Below are positions 35,162 through 36,808 of a DNA stretch of 36,808 nt, piece by piece. The DNA comes from Polyangiales bacterium. Lineage in GTDB: Bacteria > Myxococcota_A > Polyangia > Polyangiales > Houyiibacteriaceae. The translations under genes were made by a program, and so were the position numbers. Position 1 is the first letter of the stretch; the number at the start of each line of letters is the position of its first letter. The stretch is taken from positions 1 through 36,808 of the forward strand of contig JBGCFM010000185.1 of NCBI GenBank assembly GCA_045106895.1, in the 5' to 3' direction. Below the pieces are notes generated by a model. It was not told the origin of the DNA and ran no database searches. It saw only the letters and a list, made by a program, of their open reading frames with translations.

Positions 35162-36622
35162 ATGAACCAGCTCGCGATCGTCGGCACCTTTGTTTTCTTT
35201 TTGGTGCTCTTCACAGGCATCGGCGCTCTCGCCGGCCGCAAGAAGAAGGCGTCGTCCGAGGATTATCTCGTCGCTAGCCGCGATGTCAGCCCATGGCTCA
35301 TCGCTCTGAGCGCGGTGTCTACGAACAACAGCGGCTACATGTTCATCGGCCTCATCGGATTCACCTGGCGCTCCGGATTGGAGGCGATGTGGATCACCTT
35401 CGGCTGGATCCTCGGAGACCTCGTGACCTGGTTTTGGGTCCATCGGCGAGTCCGTGCCCAGAGCGAAGAGGTCGGCGCGACGTCTTTTCCGGCGCTCCTC
35501 GCCACCGACGCGCGCGGCGGCAAAGCGAAGGTCTCGCGACCCATCGCCATCGCCGCGGGACTGCTTACGCTCTTCTTCCTTGGAGGCTACGCCGCCGCGC
35601 AACTCAAGGCCGGCTCCACGACGCTCCACGCCCTCTTCGACTGGCCCATGTGGGCGGGCTCGGTCCTCGGTGTCGTCATCGTCAGCGTCTACTGCTTCAG
35701 CGGCGGAATCCGCGCTTCCATTTGGACCGACGCGGCGCAGTCCATCGTCATGTTCGTCGCGATGTCGCTCCTCGTCGGCGCGTGCGTTGCCGAAGGCGGC
35801 GGGCTGGGCACACTCTATGACTCCCTGGAGTCCATCGACCCTGCTCTCGTGGAGCTTCTTCCTGAAGGGCTGCTCTGCGGCGTGGGACTCTATGCGCTCG
35901 GTTTCGTTTTCGCGGGCGTCGCCACCATCGGACAGCCTCATATCCTCGTGCGTTTCATGGCCATCGACGCCACAGATTCCATTCGCAAAGCGCGCATCAT
36001 TTACTTCAGCTGGTACACGCTCTTCAGCCTTGCGGCCTTCCTTGTGGGTCTCTACGCGCGGGTTTTGCTTCCCGACCTCGGGGCGGGCTTGAGTGGCGAC
36101 GAACTCGCCACGGCGACGGAAGGCGCGCTCCCATCGCTCAGCCTCGCCTTGCTTCCTTCGCTCCTCGTCGGCGTCATCCTCGCGGGTCTCTTCAGCGCCA
36201 CCATGAGCACCGCCGACTCGCAGATTCTCTCGTGCTCCGCTGCCATCACCCAGGACATCTTCCCGCGCTGGGGCAAGAGCTACGCTGCTGGGAAACTTGC
36301 GACCCTCGTCGTCGCCGGCCTCGCGCTCGTTATTGCGCTCACGGCATCCGCCGGAGTCTTCTCCCTCGTCCTCGTCGCCTGGTCAGTCCTTGGATCGACG
36401 CTTGGGCCGATCCTCCTCGTGCGTCTCGCGAAGCGGCCGCTCCCCGACTGGCTCGCGTTCGTCATGATGCTCTCCGGACTGATCACGGTTTTCGTTTGGG
36501 GTGAGTCGCCGTACAGCGCGTCGGTCTTCAAGGCGCTCCCCGGCATGATGGTGCCGCTCGGGATCTACAGCCTTGTGTCGGCTACGGTGCTGCGTCGAAA
36601 GTCGGAACCGGCTGCAGACTAG
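35162..36622 (+). CDS. Sodium:solute symporter (PutP/proline symporter-like)
   Basis: DYLVASR, ALSAVSTNNSGYMFIG, Y...GG.RAS.WTD..Q, GQPHILVRFMA, ATMSTADSQIL; about 12-13 TM segments. Confidence 0.92.
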   Translation: MNQLAIVGTFVFFLVLFTGIGALAGRKKKASSEDYLVASRDVSPWLIALSAVSTNNSGYMFIGLIGFTWRSGLEAMWITFGWILGDLVTWFWVHRRVRAQSEEVGATSFPALLATDARGGKAKVSRPIAIAAGLLTLFFLGGYAAAQLKAGSTTLHALFDWPMWAGSVLGVVIVSVYCFSGGIRASIWTDAAQSIVMFVAMSLLVGACVAEGGGLGTLYDSLESIDPALVELLPEGLLCGVGLYALGFVFAGVATIGQPHILVRFMAIDATDSIRKARIIYFSWYTLFSLAAFLVGLYARVLLPDLGAGLSGDELATATEGALPSLSLALLPSLLVGVILAGLFSATMSTADSQILSCSAAITQDIFPRWGKSYAAGKLATLVVAGLALVIALTASAGVFSLVLVAWSVLGSTLGPILLVRLAKRPLPDWLAFVMMLSGLITVFVWGESPYSASVFKALPGMMVPLGIYSLVSATVLRRKSEPAAD

Positions 36623-36808
36623 ATTCGATACCGAAATTCGCAACGGATTCGATACCGAAATTCGCAACGGTGTTGACCGATACTCGCAACGCAACCACCG
36701 AAATTCGCGACGGGGTTGATCGATACTCGCAACGAAATTCGCTACCGAAATTCGCAACGGTGTTGACCGATACTCGCAACGCAATCACCGAAATTCGCAA
36801 CGGGGTTG
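36622..36808. repeat. Composite tandem repeat array running off the window end
   Basis: 24-mer GATTCGATACCGAAATTCGCAACG x2 (36622-36669), then a 43-mer (36670-36712), a 47-mer (36713-36759), a 43-mer (36760-36802) and the start of the next unit. Confidence 0.92.

Noticed and set aside
36383..36800. Minus-strand ORFs of 133 and 72 aa across the terminal repeat
   Set aside because: Products of the repeat itself; they overlap the symporter antisense and unit lengths of 43 and 47 do not preserve frame.
36622..36808. CRISPR array
   Set aside because: Intervening sequences repeat (43-mer twice), unit lengths are irregular, there are no unique spacers, and no cas genes are in the window.

Overview
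GC-rich, gene-dense bacterial chromosomal window, most likely Myxococcota (Polyangia/Sandaracinaceae-like). This is inferred from many 'C-G-D-D' lipoproteins with acidic linkers, two Hanks-type Ser/Thr kinases, an AgmX/PglI-type protein and a DUF1592/DUF1552 pair. It holds about 31 supportable CDSs and no rRNA, tRNA, CRISPR array, transposase, integrase or reverse transcriptase that I can see. Main blocks: kinase and zinc-ribbon/TonB_C-like protein; SDR-TetR divergent from an orphan crtI; hydrolases and a TPR membrane glycosyltransferase-like gene; orphan recD, ankyrin and WGR-like/LRR genes; thioredoxin coupled to a Cys4 mini-protein; heme-motif DUF1592 plus Tat-exported DUF1552; yqeY-hydrolase-ABC-F; protease plus binding protein; a Fur-boxed DUF4856-imelysin operon next to cytochrome P460-like and vitamin-K-dependent carboxylase-like (HTTM) genes; and an aminotransferase-CoA-transferase operon facing a Na+/solute symporter. 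The best leads are the iron/HTTM locus, a 174-nt multi-branched inverted-repeat element inside it (27875-28048), a higher-order palindromic repeat array at the window end (36622-36808), and a recurring -10-like hexamer 6-8 nt before start codons that suggests leaderless transcription. All family calls come from motif recognition by eye, not database searches.
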